This document shows, piece after piece, positions 26,882 to 36,921 of a DNA stretch of 64,000 nucleotides. The notes below the pieces were generated by a model that saw only the letters and a list, made by a program, of their open reading frames with translations, made no database searches and was not told where the DNA came from. Positions within the stretch are counted from its first letter, which is position 1. Every line of letters starts with the position of its first letter. Source of the DNA: an archaeon (GTDB taxonomy: Archaea > Hydrothermarchaeota > Hydrothermarchaeia > JALTZZ01); contig JALTZZ010000011.1 of the NCBI GenBank assembly GCA_027051165.1, forward strand, positions 5,556 to 69,555. The letters run 5' to 3'. Position numbers and translations under genes: made by a program.

Positions 26882-26984
26882 TCAAGAGTCTATGTTATTA
26901 ACAAACAAAAATTTTATATATTCAAAGATTATAATCTAATGTAGTATTTCTAAAATTGCTCGAAGTCTAAATAAAGGTGATAAC

Positions 26985-28259
26985 ATGAACGGTATTGGTA
27001 GGTTCAAGCGAGAGCTTACTTCATTGCTGATAACAATGCTTATAGTGTTCCTGTTGATTTCCTCAGCACCGGCGGGAGCTGTAAACCTCAGAGTAACAAT
27101 TCCCAGCACGGTAGAACAAGGAAAATCGCTTGATTTTAATTTAGAAATAGAAATTGCAGCAAATGAAAGAATAAAAATCTCCAATATAACATTTGTTCTA
27201 AACTGTGGTGGAAACGTTTACAATTATACAGTTGATGCTGGTGGTAACTATATAGCTGGCGATGCAGGAATCTTCAGCGTTAATAAAATTGTTGCAGCTC
27301 CACAAGCTACTTATGGCTACGGTTACCTTATCGGATATGGCTATATCTATGGATACGGCTACGGCTACGTGAATTATGGTTATGGCTACGGCTATGGAGC
27401 ACCGTTCACATCATATCTAAACTACAGTGTATCTATAAATACAAGTTCTCTTCCGGTGGGCTCCTGCAATATAGAAATATTTGTGTGGACGGATGGAAAA
27501 GCTTTTTATACTCAAAAGAGCTTTGAAGTGAAAAAGCCAGCAGTTGTAGCACCGCCGGTAGGAGAAATTACACCCGGATCTATAGCAGTAGACAACACCG
27601 TTGATATAGGTATAACATATATACCGAAGGGTGTGGAGGAAGAACTTGCAATACCTGAGGAAAGCACACTATATAGATATATAGAGAAGATAACTTTGAT
27701 TGCGGAGAAATCTTTAGCAGGATTTATAATAAAAGTGAAGCTAATTGAAGAACCGCCAAAAGAGATACCAAAGATAGAGAATGCATACAGATTCTTTGAA
27801 ATAACCTCACCAATAAAAGAAGGATTTAAAGCCAAAATTAAATTCAAAGTAGAAAAGAAGTGGATAGAAGAAAATGATATTGACAAGAACAAAGTTTATA
27901 TGTATAGATACAGAGAAGCATGGGAAAAGCTCGATACGAGGAAAATTGATGAAGATGACGGGTATGTCTATTACGAAGCAGTTACTACAGGATTCAGCTA
28001 CTATGCAATAGCTGGAGAGAAGGTTGTTGCTAAGCCGCCAGAGATTAAGCCACCGGAAGTTAAGCCACCTAAACCGCCAGAAGTCAAGCCTCCGAAACCA
28101 CCGGAAGTTAAGCCACCTAAACCGCCAGAGGAGGTTAAACCACCCGCACCTACACCAGTTCCACCAAAGCCAACATGGGTTAAGTATGCAGTGATAGCAA
28201 TAATAATCGTTGCAATAATAGCAATAATAGCAGTGCTTTATCTTAGAAAGAAAGAGTAA
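26985..28259 (+). CDS. Secreted cell-surface protein with Gly-Tyr repeat and PEVKPPKP tandem repeats, C-terminal TM anchor and basic tail
   Basis: Signal peptide; GYGYLIGYGYIYGYGYGYVNYGYGYGYG; (PEVKPPKP)x4; IAIIIVAIIAIIAVLYLRKKE. Confidence 0.6.
   Translation: MNGIGRFKRELTSLLITMLIVFLLISSAPAGAVNLRVTIPSTVEQGKSLDFNLEIEIAANERIKISNITFVLNCGGNVYNYTVDAGGNYIAGDAGIFSVNKIVAAPQATYGYGYLIGYGYIYGYGYGYVNYGYGYGYGAPFTSYLNYSVSINTSSLPVGSCNIEIFVWTDGKAFYTQKSFEVKKPAVVAPPVGEITPGSIAVDNTVDIGITYIPKGVEEELAIPEESTLYRYIEKITLIAEKSLAGFIIKVKLIEEPPKEIPKIENAYRFFEITSPIKEGFKAKIKFKVEKKWIEENDIDKNKVYMYRYREAWEKLDTRKIDEDDGYVYYEAVTTGFSYYAIAGEKVVAKPPEIKPPEVKPPKPPEVKPPKPPEVKPPKPPEEVKPPAPTPVPPKPTWVKYAVIAIIIVAIIAIIAVLYLRKKE
28039..28140 (+). 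repeat. 24-nt tandem repeats encoding PEVKPPKP
   Basis: Repeated gaagttaagccacctaaaccgcca-like units visible in the DNA. Confidence 0.6.
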
Positions 28260-28298
28260 TTAAATTTTAATTTTTTATTTTTTTAATGTATTAAATTT

Positions 28299-28574
28299 TT
28301 AATCTAATTCTAAAAGTTCGTTGATTATTTCAACCAATTTTCTCCCTTTTTCTGTTAAAAAATAAAATTCACCATCCTTGCTTATAAGATTAATTTTGGT
28401 GAGTATCTTTAAATGGCGATTGAGAATTCCAGGATTCAGCTGCGTTGAAAACATAAGCTCAGAAAACCTACTCGGTTTTTTATCTAATTCATTAAGAATT
28501 TCTTTAACACCGCTACGTGCAATTATCTTAAGGAACTCTGTGGTGTATTTTTCATCAACATCGTTGCTGATCAT
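28299..28574 (-). CDS. Small winged-helix transcriptional regulator
   Basis: 91 aa; wHTH-like KPSRFSELMFSTQLNPGILNRHLKIL. Confidence 0.35.
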   Translation of the reverse strand: MISNDVDEKYTTEFLKIIARSGVKEILNELDKKPSRFSELMFSTQLNPGILNRHLKILTKINLISKDGEFYFLTEKGRKLVEIINELLELD

Positions 28575-28646
28575 ATCTTTTTTAATTAAATATATACCCT
28601 TTAAAAATTTTATTTTACGATTTTCAAATCAAAAAATGTAACAAAT

Positions 28647-28952
28647 TTATAGGTCGTCAAGTATTACCTTTTCCATTCTTATCTTAGAAGAAGCTTTATA
28701 TGAGTTTATTTCAACATCAATATCCTCACCCATCAGCTTTTTTTCTATTAAAAGCTCTAAAAATTTTCCATCTTTAACAAGGTTGCACGCTTTTTCGAAG
28801 AGCTTGTGAGCATTGTCTGCGTTTTCTGTTGTGCAGCTAAAGTAGTAGGAGTAGGGTGTAATGATTATAATTTCAAACGTATTCGGATATCTGTGAAGCT
28901 CAACTTCCCAACGATCACCAGCGAACTCTATATCACATCTTTTAACTATCAT
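28647..28952 (-). CDS. Hypothetical protein co-transcribed with the YHS-domain gene
   Basis: ATGA start/stop overlap with the upstream small ORF. Confidence 0.3.
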   Translation of the reverse strand: MIVKRCDIEFAGDRWEVELHRYPNTFEIIIITPYSYYFSCTTENADNAHKLFEKACNLVKDGKFLELLIEKKLMGEDIDVEINSYKASSKIRMEKVILDDL

Positions 28953-29113
28953 ACAGGCATGCCCTTTGGTCCTTCTTTTAAATATTTTTCAGCATCTCTC
29001 TTAAACTCCTCTAAGCAGTGCTTACAGCAAAAGTAATAAACCTTTCCTTTATAATAATATTTAAAATTTGTATTTTCATCAACTTCCATGCCACACACAG
29101 GGTCTTTAGCCAT
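28949..29113 (-). CDS. YHS/TRASH-domain metal-binding small protein (54 aa; not in ORF track)
   Basis: MAKDPVCGMEVDENTNFKYYYKGKVYYFCCKHCLEEF matches the DPVCGM...FCxxxC YHS/TRASH signature. Confidence 0.6.
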   Translation of the reverse strand: MAKDPVCGMEVDENTNFKYYYKGKVYYFCCKHCLEEFKRDAEKYLKEGPKGMPV

Positions 29114-29435
29114 GATTTTCACCACCTAAGAGAATTTTAAGAGAATTAACCACATCATCTTTTCTTATATATCCAGAAAGTCTTGATACCTCTCTACCCT
29201 TCTTAAAGAAGATTATCGTGGGAACGGATGTAATGCCATACTTTTCTGCAACGTCTGGATTTTTATCAACGTCTATTTTAAAGAATTTTATATTTTTATA
29301 TTTTACTGATACATTTATCATCGTTGGCTTAATTTTTTTGCATGGTGCACACTTAGGGTTTGAAAACCATAAAACATAGTTTTCTATCTTGTTCAAATCA
29401 TTTATGTTTCTTAATTCTTCAATCATAAGAATCAC
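29106..29435 (-). CDS. trx: Thioredoxin
   Basis: WFSNPKCAPCK (CAPC active site). Confidence 0.75.
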   Translation of the reverse strand: MILMIEELRNINDLNKIENYVLWFSNPKCAPCKKIKPTMINVSVKYKNIKFFKIDVDKNPDVAEKYGITSVPTIIFFKKGREVSRLSGYIRKDDVVNSLKILLGGENHG

Positions 29436-30206
29436 CTACCTTAAGCCAGCAAACAGCTTTAAATATTCTTTTTCCATAAAGTGGAGATTTCCCGGTATAA
29501 TCAGGCAGTGCGGCGGTTTTCCGAAATCTTCATTAACAAGTTCTCCAACAGCTCCAGCCCTAACAACCTCGTCATCATAGCCTATTCTTGCAAGAACAAT
29601 ACACAGCGTATCTTCCGTAAATATTCTCTCTTTTCTCTTTTTTTCTATTTTTAAAAGGATTTCCATTGCTTCATTAGCGGTCATCATTCTTTTTTCATTT
29701 TTATCGATTTTCAAATCGAGAAATAAGAGTGTATGCAACCCCCTTGATATATTCTCCTTTAAAACGTTATATGGGGTTTCTGGAATAACATCTTTATAAG
29801 GAAAGGCTACTGTTGCGCTTGCACCAAATTTGTAGTTGTGCAAACCGCTTTTTCCTATTGCAGCTGACAATATGCTTGCATTGTGAACCACAACAGTTTT
29901 TATACCATTTTTTTGTGCTTCCATCCTTAAAACTGCATGGGTTGTTGCAATAAGCGGATCTCCACCAACAAGAATTGAAACAACTTTCTTTTTAGCTTCT
30001 TCTATAATTTTAGATAAGTTTTCTTCTAAATCCTTTCTTTCAAGAAAAATAATCTTTTTTCCAATAAGCTTTTCGAGTTCTTGAGATTCAACATCAACAA
30101 CGCTTGTATAAAGCTCTGCATAAACAACATCACTGTTCTTAGCTTCTTTAAGTCCCCTCAGTGTTATATAGTCCTTACCTAAGCCGAGCCCTATAAGCTT
30201 GAGCAT
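29436..30206 (-). CDS. dph5: Diphthine synthase (Dph5)
   Basis: MLKLIGLGLG...DVVYAELYTS N-terminus typical of archaeal Dph5 (tetrapyrrole-methylase fold). The ORF track extends 18 codons further upstream. Confidence 0.7.
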   Translation of the reverse strand: MLKLIGLGLGKDYITLRGLKEAKNSDVVYAELYTSVVDVESQELEKLIGKKIIFLERKDLEENLSKIIEEAKKKVVSILVGGDPLIATTHAVLRMEAQKNGIKTVVVHNASILSAAIGKSGLHNYKFGASATVAFPYKDVIPETPYNVLKENISRGLHTLLFLDLKIDKNEKRMMTANEAMEILLKIEKKRKERIFTEDTLCIVLARIGYDDEVVRAGAVGELVNEDFGKPPHCLIIPGNLHFMEKEYLKLFAGLR

Positions 30207-30247
30207 AATAGAAGGGTTTATATTCTTCTTAATAAAAATAATTTTCA

Positions 30248-31132
30248 ATGAGCGTAACAAGGGAAGTTATAAAAACTGCAGTATCTCTTTCAAAAAAACT
30301 TAAAGCAAAGGCATTGATTATTTTAACTGAGACTGGAGAATCTTATGAAATATTAAAGAAATTAAAGCCAAATATAAAGGTAATTGTCGCAACTCCAAAT
30401 ATGGAGATATACGAAAGCATAAGCAAGATAAAGGATAAAAATACGCATTTAATAAAGCTTTTCAATAGATCTTTTTCTATTCAAAAAGAACTCAAGGAAA
30501 TAATTTCAATTGCTCTTGACCACGAAATATTGAATGAAAACGATATTGTTGTAGCCGTTGGCTCAACGCTCTCAAAAGAGGCAAATTCTTTGTTTGTTTT
30601 TAAAGTAAAAAGAGAAGACACAGATTTTTCTTTCTACAGAATTATAAAAAGCAGTAATATCAAGTCTGGTGTTTTAGAAAAGGTGCTGGAAATAGCACTT
30701 GAAATAGGGATGGAGGGTAGAGAAGGCAAGCATATAGGAACTGCCTTTATTGTTGGTGATTCTGAAAATGTCCTAAAAAGAACAAAACAGCTTATACTTA
30801 ATCCATTTGCTGGGCACGAAAAAGAAAAAAGGCTTATAACGAATCCTGATATAAAAGAAACAGTAAAATCTCTTGCACAGCTTGACGGTGTATTTATAAT
30901 AAGTGAAGAGGGAGAAATACTTACCGCTGGTGCATATTTAAATGTTGATACGAGCAGGGTAGATATTCCTCATGGCTTGGGAGCAAGGCATGCGGCAGTT
31001 GCCGCAATAACTAAGGAGACAAATGCAATAGGCGTTTGCGTTTCTCAGAGCGGCGGCATAGTTAGAGTATTTAAAGATGGAAAAATCGTTCTCGCCATAG
31101 AACCTCAGAAGAGGTATAGACTTCTCGGCTAA
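30248..31132 (+). CDS. dacZ: DacZ-type diadenylate cyclase (pyruvate-kinase-C-like N-domain plus DAC domain)
   Basis: DGVFIISEEG...GARHAAVAAITKETNAIGVCVSQSGGIVRVF matches DAC DGA/RHR motifs. Confidence 0.65.
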   Translation: MSVTREVIKTAVSLSKKLKAKALIILTETGESYEILKKLKPNIKVIVATPNMEIYESISKIKDKNTHLIKLFNRSFSIQKELKEIISIALDHEILNENDIVVAVGSTLSKEANSLFVFKVKREDTDFSFYRIIKSSNIKSGVLEKVLEIALEIGMEGREGKHIGTAFIVGDSENVLKRTKQLILNPFAGHEKEKRLITNPDIKETVKSLAQLDGVFIISEEGEILTAGAYLNVDTSRVDIPHGLGARHAAVAAITKETNAIGVCVSQSGGIVRVFKDGKIVLAIEPQKRYRLLG

Positions 31133-31157
31133 GTTTTAATAAAAAATAATTAAAGAA

Positions 31158-31811
31158 TTAAGCCATAGCTCTTCCCCTCTTCTCTATCATTGACTTAATC
31201 CTCTTAAGCCTGAAGAAGCTTTCTCTCTCCATTTCGTCGAGCCTCATCTTTATATATTTAACTGTAGCCCTAAGTCTTGGAAGGATTATATTCTCTAAGG
31301 AGTTTACTCTCCTTTTTGTTTTCTCAATTTCTTCCGCAAGAAGATATATTGCTCTTTCAATTTCTGCGAGCTTAACAACAGCATCAAGGGCTTTTTCAAA
31401 TTTCCTGCATGCATCATCGAGGAGTATTGAGGTATCGCTCAATCCATATCCCCTATCTAAAATTGTTGTTTCTGGGTCTTCAACCTCAAGAACCGGGACT
31501 CTAACCCCCATAATGCTTCTTGAGAAGAATTCAAGCTTAGCTTCTTTTCTTATTGAATAGCTTGCCTCAACAACCTTCTGAGTGCCTACATAGGCTTCGG
31601 CAGTTATAAGGGCTTTGTAAGCTTCCATAAGCTTTTCTTCAGCAACCTTTCTTGCATTTTTTGCCTCTTCGAGGATGTTGAAGAATTCCATAATGAGAGC
31701 ATCTCTCTTTTCTTTAAGGAGCTTGTGTCCTTTTTCAGCTAATTTAACACGCTTCTTTAATCTGAGAAGTTCCATTCTTGTCGGATTTATTCCTTCAATT
31801 CTTTCTACCAT
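31158..31811 (-). CDS. atpD: A-type ATP synthase subunit D
   Basis: Position and coiled-coil composition at the end of the HIKECFABD operon. Confidence 0.8.
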   Translation of the reverse strand: MVERIEGINPTRMELLRLKKRVKLAEKGHKLLKEKRDALIMEFFNILEEAKNARKVAEEKLMEAYKALITAEAYVGTQKVVEASYSIRKEAKLEFFSRSIMGVRVPVLEVEDPETTILDRGYGLSDTSILLDDACRKFEKALDAVVKLAEIERAIYLLAEEIEKTKRRVNSLENIILPRLRATVKYIKMRLDEMERESFFRLKRIKSMIEKRGRAMA

Positions 31812-31838
31812 GAAATCACCTCAAAAATAAAAATAGAA

Positions 31839-33227
31839 TTATTTTTGCTTGTATTTTGGATGATACTTCTCAATGAACTCCCTTTTAACCTTCTTAAGCT
31901 CTGTTTCGGGAAGCATGCTTAGGAGATCCCATCCTATATCCAAGGTTTGCTCAACGCTCCTCTCCTCATACTCACCCTGTGCAATGAACTTCCTTTCGAA
32001 CTCGTCGGCAAACTTTAGATAGAGCTTATCTCTATCCGTCAACGCTTCCTCACCGACTACAGCTACTAAATCTCTTAAATCTCTTCCCTCAGCGTATGCT
32101 GCATAGAGCTGGTCGCTAACGTTTGCATGGTCTTCTCTTGTTCTTCCCTTCCCTATACCGCTCTTCATGAGTCTACTTAAGCTTGGAAGCGGGTCTATAG
32201 GCGGATATATACCCTTTCTGTGAAGCTCCCTGCTGAGAACTATCTGCCCCTCGGTTATGTAGCCCGTAAGGTCTGGTATCGGATGCGTTATGTCGTCATC
32301 TGGCATTGTAAGTATTGGCATCTGAGTTATGCTTCCTTTTTTGCCCCTAACCCTGCCAGCACGCTCGTATATTGTTGCAAGGTCTGTATACATGTAACCA
32401 GGGTAGCCTCTTCTTCCCGGAACCTCGCCGCGAGCAGCACTTATCTCTCTAAGAGCTTCACAGTAGTTCGTTAGGTCTGTTGTTATAACGAGAACGTGCA
32501 TATTGTGCTCAAAGGCAAGGTATTCCGCTGTAGTTAGTGCAAGCCTCGGTGTCATTATTCTCTCTATAGCAGGGTCGTTTGCAAGATTTATGAACGCAAC
32601 GACCCTTTCTAAGGCTCCAGTTCTCTCGAAATCTTTTATAAAGAAGCTTGCTTCCTCGTATGTAATACCCATTGCTGCAAAGACTACTGCAAACTCCTCT
32701 TCTTCACCGAGAACCTTAGCCTGTCTCGCTATCTGTGCAGCAATCTTGTTGTGCGGCAAACCGCTACCGCTGAATATCGGCAGCTTCTGCCCCCTAACAA
32801 GGGTGTTCATTCCGTCTATAACGCTTATACCGGTTTGTATGAAGTCCCTCGGATACTCTCTTATAGCTGGGTTTAGAGGTGCACCGTGAATGTCCCTCTT
32901 CTCCTCTGGAATTATTTTTGGACCCTTATCTATGGGCTCGCCTCTTCCGTTGAATATCCTTCCAAGCATGTCTATGCTCACACCAAGCTTAACAGTTTCC
33001 CCGGTAAACCTTACCTTAGTGCTCTTGTTGTCCAAACCTCTCGTTCCTTCAAAGACCTGAACTACAGCCCTATTACCGGTAACCTCTAAAACCTGACCTC
33101 TTCTTTTCTCTCCGTAAGCTGTTTCTATTTCTACTACCTCGCCATAGGCTACTCCTTCTATTCCTTCAACGATCATTAAGGGTCCAGATATCTCGCTTAT
33201 TGTTGTGTATTCTTTAATAGCCTGCAT
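31839..33227 (-). CDS. atpB: A-type ATP synthase subunit B
   Basis: 462 aa, ...[19 protein letters not shown]... Confidence 0.9.
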   Translation of the reverse strand: MQAIKEYTTISEISGPLMIVEGIEGVAYGEVVEIETAYGEKRRGQVLEVTGNRAVVQVFEGTRGLDNKSTKVRFTGETVKLGVSIDMLGRIFNGRGEPIDKGPKIIPEEKRDIHGAPLNPAIREYPRDFIQTGISVIDGMNTLVRGQKLPIFSGSGLPHNKIAAQIARQAKVLGEEEEFAVVFAAMGITYEEASFFIKDFERTGALERVVAFINLANDPAIERIMTPRLALTTAEYLAFEHNMHVLVITTDLTNYCEALREISAARGEVPGRRGYPGYMYTDLATIYERAGRVRGKKGSITQMPILTMPDDDITHPIPDLTGYITEGQIVLSRELHRKGIYPPIDPLPSLSRLMKSGIGKGRTREDHANVSDQLYAAYAEGRDLRDLVAVVGEEALTDRDKLYLKFADEFERKFIAQGEYEERSVEQTLDIGWDLLSMLPETELKKVKREFIEKYHPKYKQK

Positions 33228-33233
33228 GATAGA

Positions 33234-34991
33234 TCACCCTAAAACACTCTTAAATTCTTCATCCATTACTTCCATAATCTTCTTTATTGCATCATCAAGC
33301 TCCTCATCCTTAACTTCTTTTAACCTCGCTATGAGCTCTCTAACCTTAAACTGAATTATCTTTTTAACGCTTACACCCTTGCTTACTGCATGCATTCCCC
33401 TTCTATAGAATTCCATTATAACCTTGAGCATCTTATACTGCTTCTGGGGTGAGCAGTATGTATCAATCTCGTGGAATGCATTCTGCTGCAGGAAATCTTC
33501 TCTTATCATTCTTGCACCTTCGAGGATCATCCTCTCCCTTTCCGGCAAGGCATCTGGACCTACAAGCTGAACTATTTCCTGAAGCTCAGCCTCCTTTTGC
33601 AGGAGCTCCATAGCCTCTCTTCTAAGCTCATACCAATCGCTTGCTATGTTTCTGTGCCACCAGTCTTTAACATCCTCTACGTAAAGGCTATAGCTTCTAA
33701 GCCAGTTTACAGCTGGGAAGTGCCTTCTGTGAGCAAGCTTTGCATCCAACCCCCAGAACACCTTAACAATCCTCAACGTATTCTGGGTAACGGGCTCGCT
33801 GAAATCTCCACCCGGTGGAGAGACTGCTCCTACAACCGTTACTGTTCCTATCCTTCCGTTTTTACCGAGCGTTACCACTTTTCCAGCCCTCTCATAGAAC
33901 TCAGCTAATCTGCTTGCTAAGTATGCTGGATAACCTTCTTCACCTGGCATCTCCTCAAGCCTACCGCTTATTTCTCTCATCGCTTCCGCCCATCTACTCG
34001 TAGAGTCTGCCATTAGTGCAACGTTGTAGCCCATATCTCTATAATACTCCGCCAACGTAATGCCGGTGTATATGCTTGCTTCTCTCGCAGCTACAGGCAT
34101 GTTGCTCGTGTTAGCTATCAGTATCGTTCTCTCCATAAGGGGCTTGCCGGTGTATGGGTCTTTTAGGTGAGGGAACTCCTCAAGAACCTCTGTCATCTCG
34201 TTTCCTCTTTCACCGCAGCCTATGTAGATGAACACCTGAGCATCACTCCACTTTGCAAGCTGATGACCAAGAACAGTCTTTCCTCCTCCAAAAGGCCCGG
34301 GTATGCTTGCAGTTCCTCCTTTTGCAACTGGGAAGAACGTATCTAAAACGCGCTGCCCTGTTATTAACGGCTCGTTTACATCTATCTTCTCTTTATATGG
34401 TCTCGGCTTTCTTACAGGCCAGCGCTGAAGCATTTTTATTTCTTTTTCTCCTTCCTTAGTTTTTATAACTGCTACCGGCTCTTCCACAGTATATTTTCCT
34501 TCGTTTATTTCAACTACTTCGCCATTTATTCCGGGAGGAACCATTATCTTATGAACAACAAGCTCTGTTTCTTGCACCTCACCAATTATATCTCCTTCAA
34601 CAACCTCATCTCCCTTCTTCACAGTTGGTTTAAACTCCCACTTCTTCTTTTTATCTATGGCATCTGCCTCTATACCTCTTCTTATAAAAATACCGCTCTT
34701 TTCCTTGATCACTTCAAGGGGTCTCTGTATTCCGTCATACATCTGCTTCAGTATTCCCGGACCAAGTTCAACGCTGAGCGGCATTCCAGTTCCTATAACA
34801 TCCTCTCCCGGCTTTAAGCCGGCTGTTTCTTCGTAAACCTGAATTGTAGCTCTATCTCCCGTTATTCTTATTATCTCACCGATGAGCCTTTCTTCACCAA
34901 CCCTAACTACCTCATACATCTGCGAACCTTTCATCCCATCTGCTACAACTACTGGTCCTGCGATTTTAACGATTTTTCCTTTTGATACCAT
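33234..34991 (-). CDS. atpA: A-type ATP synthase catalytic subunit A (no intein)
   Basis: P-loop GPFGGGKT; 585 aa. Confidence 0.9.
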   Translation of the reverse strand: MVSKGKIVKIAGPVVVADGMKGSQMYEVVRVGEERLIGEIIRITGDRATIQVYEETAGLKPGEDVIGTGMPLSVELGPGILKQMYDGIQRPLEVIKEKSGIFIRRGIEADAIDKKKKWEFKPTVKKGDEVVEGDIIGEVQETELVVHKIMVPPGINGEVVEINEGKYTVEEPVAVIKTKEGEKEIKMLQRWPVRKPRPYKEKIDVNEPLITGQRVLDTFFPVAKGGTASIPGPFGGGKTVLGHQLAKWSDAQVFIYIGCGERGNEMTEVLEEFPHLKDPYTGKPLMERTILIANTSNMPVAAREASIYTGITLAEYYRDMGYNVALMADSTSRWAEAMREISGRLEEMPGEEGYPAYLASRLAEFYERAGKVVTLGKNGRIGTVTVVGAVSPPGGDFSEPVTQNTLRIVKVFWGLDAKLAHRRHFPAVNWLRSYSLYVEDVKDWWHRNIASDWYELRREAMELLQKEAELQEIVQLVGPDALPERERMILEGARMIREDFLQQNAFHEIDTYCSPQKQYKMLKVIMEFYRRGMHAVSKGVSVKKIIQFKVRELIARLKEVKDEELDDAIKKIMEVMDEEFKSVLG

Positions 34992-35315
34992 TTATTCACC
35001 CCCAAGCTTTATTTCTATACCAACTGCCTTTCTTGTAAGCTCTTTGATAACATCAACGCGCTCTATTGCGCCTTTCTTGTCTGGGATATCTACTATTAGG
35101 GGTTTTTCTCTACCCTCAAGCAGTGCTTCTACATCTTTTCTTATATCCATCATGAACCTCTCGTTTATTATTATAAGACCTATTTCATTATTTTTTATAA
35201 GCTCCTCTATTTTTTTCAGGGCTTCTTTCGAGTTTTCTACAACATATCCTTCTTTAACACCAGCGAGTCTGAAGCCTACAACGGTCTCCAAATCACCTAT
35301 TGTTACAATCCTCAT
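34992..35315 (-). CDS. atpF: A-type ATP synthase subunit F
   Basis: 107 aa, MRIVTIGDLETVVGFRLAGV. Confidence 0.8.
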   Translation of the reverse strand: MRIVTIGDLETVVGFRLAGVKEGYVVENSKEALKKIEELIKNNEIGLIIINERFMMDIRKDVEALLEGREKPLIVDIPDKKGAIERVDVIKELTRKAVGIEIKLGGE

Positions 35316-36301
35316 GCTATCCCTCTCAGATGTTCTTTGATTTCCTCCACACTAAAGTTCTCTTGCTTAAGTTTTACAATCGTCCTTAAATTCGAAACCT
35401 CAAACTCTTTAAGATACATGTAGGCAACTATAGGAGCCAAGCCAAATGGAACTTTTATTATTATTTCATAAGCCTTTTCGTAAAGAAAGTCATCAAGTTT
35501 TATTTCAAAAGGAATCATGCTTCTTTTTTCATTATACTTAGAGATTGCATCAACAACATACGTATAGTAGGATGTCCCCTCTAAGCTTGTAACCATTCTA
35601 TCTAAAGTTCCACCACTTACAATTTCCTCAAATACCCACGGAGAAAGCTCATAACCGTTTGGAAGAGGCTTAAATCCTTCTCTTATACCGTCTAATACAT
35701 ATCTTATTGCCATTTTTATATTTTTTATGTCAACCTCCCTACCTAAAATTTCTCTAAGATCATTTTCATCCTTAGGTATAGACATGAAGAGGTTTTTATA
35801 ATAAATATTGTCGAGGGAATGTTCTATAACATAGAGATTCTTTGTTCTCTTGAATTCTTCATATTCTGGCGATAAATTGAACATTGTTACTACATCTTCA
35901 ATCCCGTCTACATCATCAAAAAAGCGGTGATGCTGCCTCGGTATCATTTCCAAGATTTCATCTTTTCTTAAACCAAAGTATATTCCTCTAATAAAAGTCT
36001 TTATACTTTCTATTTCATACCTTTTTATAAAATTATTAAAGAAGTTTATTCCTACACTCGGCATGCTTAGCCTTATTTTTTCTGCAGCGGAAATAATATT
36101 TTCTCTAAGCCTTTTTTCAAATTCTATAAGATCATTTCCAAGAATCCTACTGTACTCCGTATCTTCAAGCATGTTTGCTATTGCAACTAAGCTTGTCTGC
36201 TCTAAGAGCTCCATAAGCTTCTTTTTACCTAAAAGCTTGCTCTGCATTGCTCGAACCTTAGCATTTATATATGCATATCTGATCGCTCGTAGGGCACTCA
36301 T
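35312..36301 (-). CDS. atpC: A-type ATP synthase subunit C
   Basis: 329 aa, operon position. Confidence 0.75.
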   Translation of the reverse strand: MSALRAIRYAYINAKVRAMQSKLLGKKKLMELLEQTSLVAIANMLEDTEYSRILGNDLIEFEKRLRENIISAAEKIRLSMPSVGINFFNNFIKRYEIESIKTFIRGIYFGLRKDEILEMIPRQHHRFFDDVDGIEDVVTMFNLSPEYEEFKRTKNLYVIEHSLDNIYYKNLFMSIPKDENDLREILGREVDIKNIKMAIRYVLDGIREGFKPLPNGYELSPWVFEEIVSGGTLDRMVTSLEGTSYYTYVVDAISKYNEKRSMIPFEIKLDDFLYEKAYEIIIKVPFGLAPIVAYMYLKEFEVSNLRTIVKLKQENFSVEEIKEHLRGIA

Positions 36302-36305
36302 ACAA

Positions 36306-36887
36306 TCACCCGAAGAGCTCCTTAGCCACCTTTATCCTTAATTCATCCATCTTTCTTTCCAATATTCTTTCGAATCTATTGTCAATTATAAGGCTTTCAT
36401 CGGGACTCTCTACAACAACACCCATAGAATCGAGCTCTTCAGAGATCTCTGCCTTTATATCAAGCTCTTTTATGATATCTTCCACAAGACCCCTATCTTC
36501 TTTTCTTACTTTGATTCTTACATCTTTACTACCGAGGACTTCTACACTTGATTTTATAAGCCTTTTAAGTGTGTTTTTATAGTTATCGGCTTCTACATTT
36601 TTTATTTTTTCAAGTGCTTTATCAAAAACCTCTTTTATAATACCTTCCTTAGTTTCCTCTATTTTTCTTTTTGCACTGAGCTTAGCACTTGCTAAAATTC
36701 TCTGTTTCTCAGCCTTGGCACTGTCCCTCCCCCTTGCAAGTATCCTCTCCCTTAGAAGTTCAGCCTCTCTTTTTGCGTTATCTATAATTTTCTTTGCCTC
36801 TTCTTCTGCTTCTCTAATTATTTTATTAGCTTCTTCTTCCGCCTCACTTTTTATCTTTGATATTATTGAATTTAATTTTTCTTCCAT
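36306..36887 (-). CDS. atpE: A-type ATP synthase subunit E
   Basis: 193 aa, coiled-coil N-terminus. Confidence 0.75.
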   Translation of the reverse strand: MEEKLNSIISKIKSEAEEEANKIIREAEEEAKKIIDNAKREAELLRERILARGRDSAKAEKQRILASAKLSAKRKIEETKEGIIKEVFDKALEKIKNVEADNYKNTLKRLIKSSVEVLGSKDVRIKVRKEDRGLVEDIIKELDIKAEISEELDSMGVVVESPDESLIIDNRFERILERKMDELRIKVAKELFG

Positions 36888-36921
36888 TTTACCACCCTAA
36901 AACTTAAAAAATAAACTAAAT

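Noticed and set aside
33234-34991. Possible intein in A-ATPase subunit A
   Set aside because: At 585 aa the protein is normal length. The P-loop and flanking sequences are contiguous.
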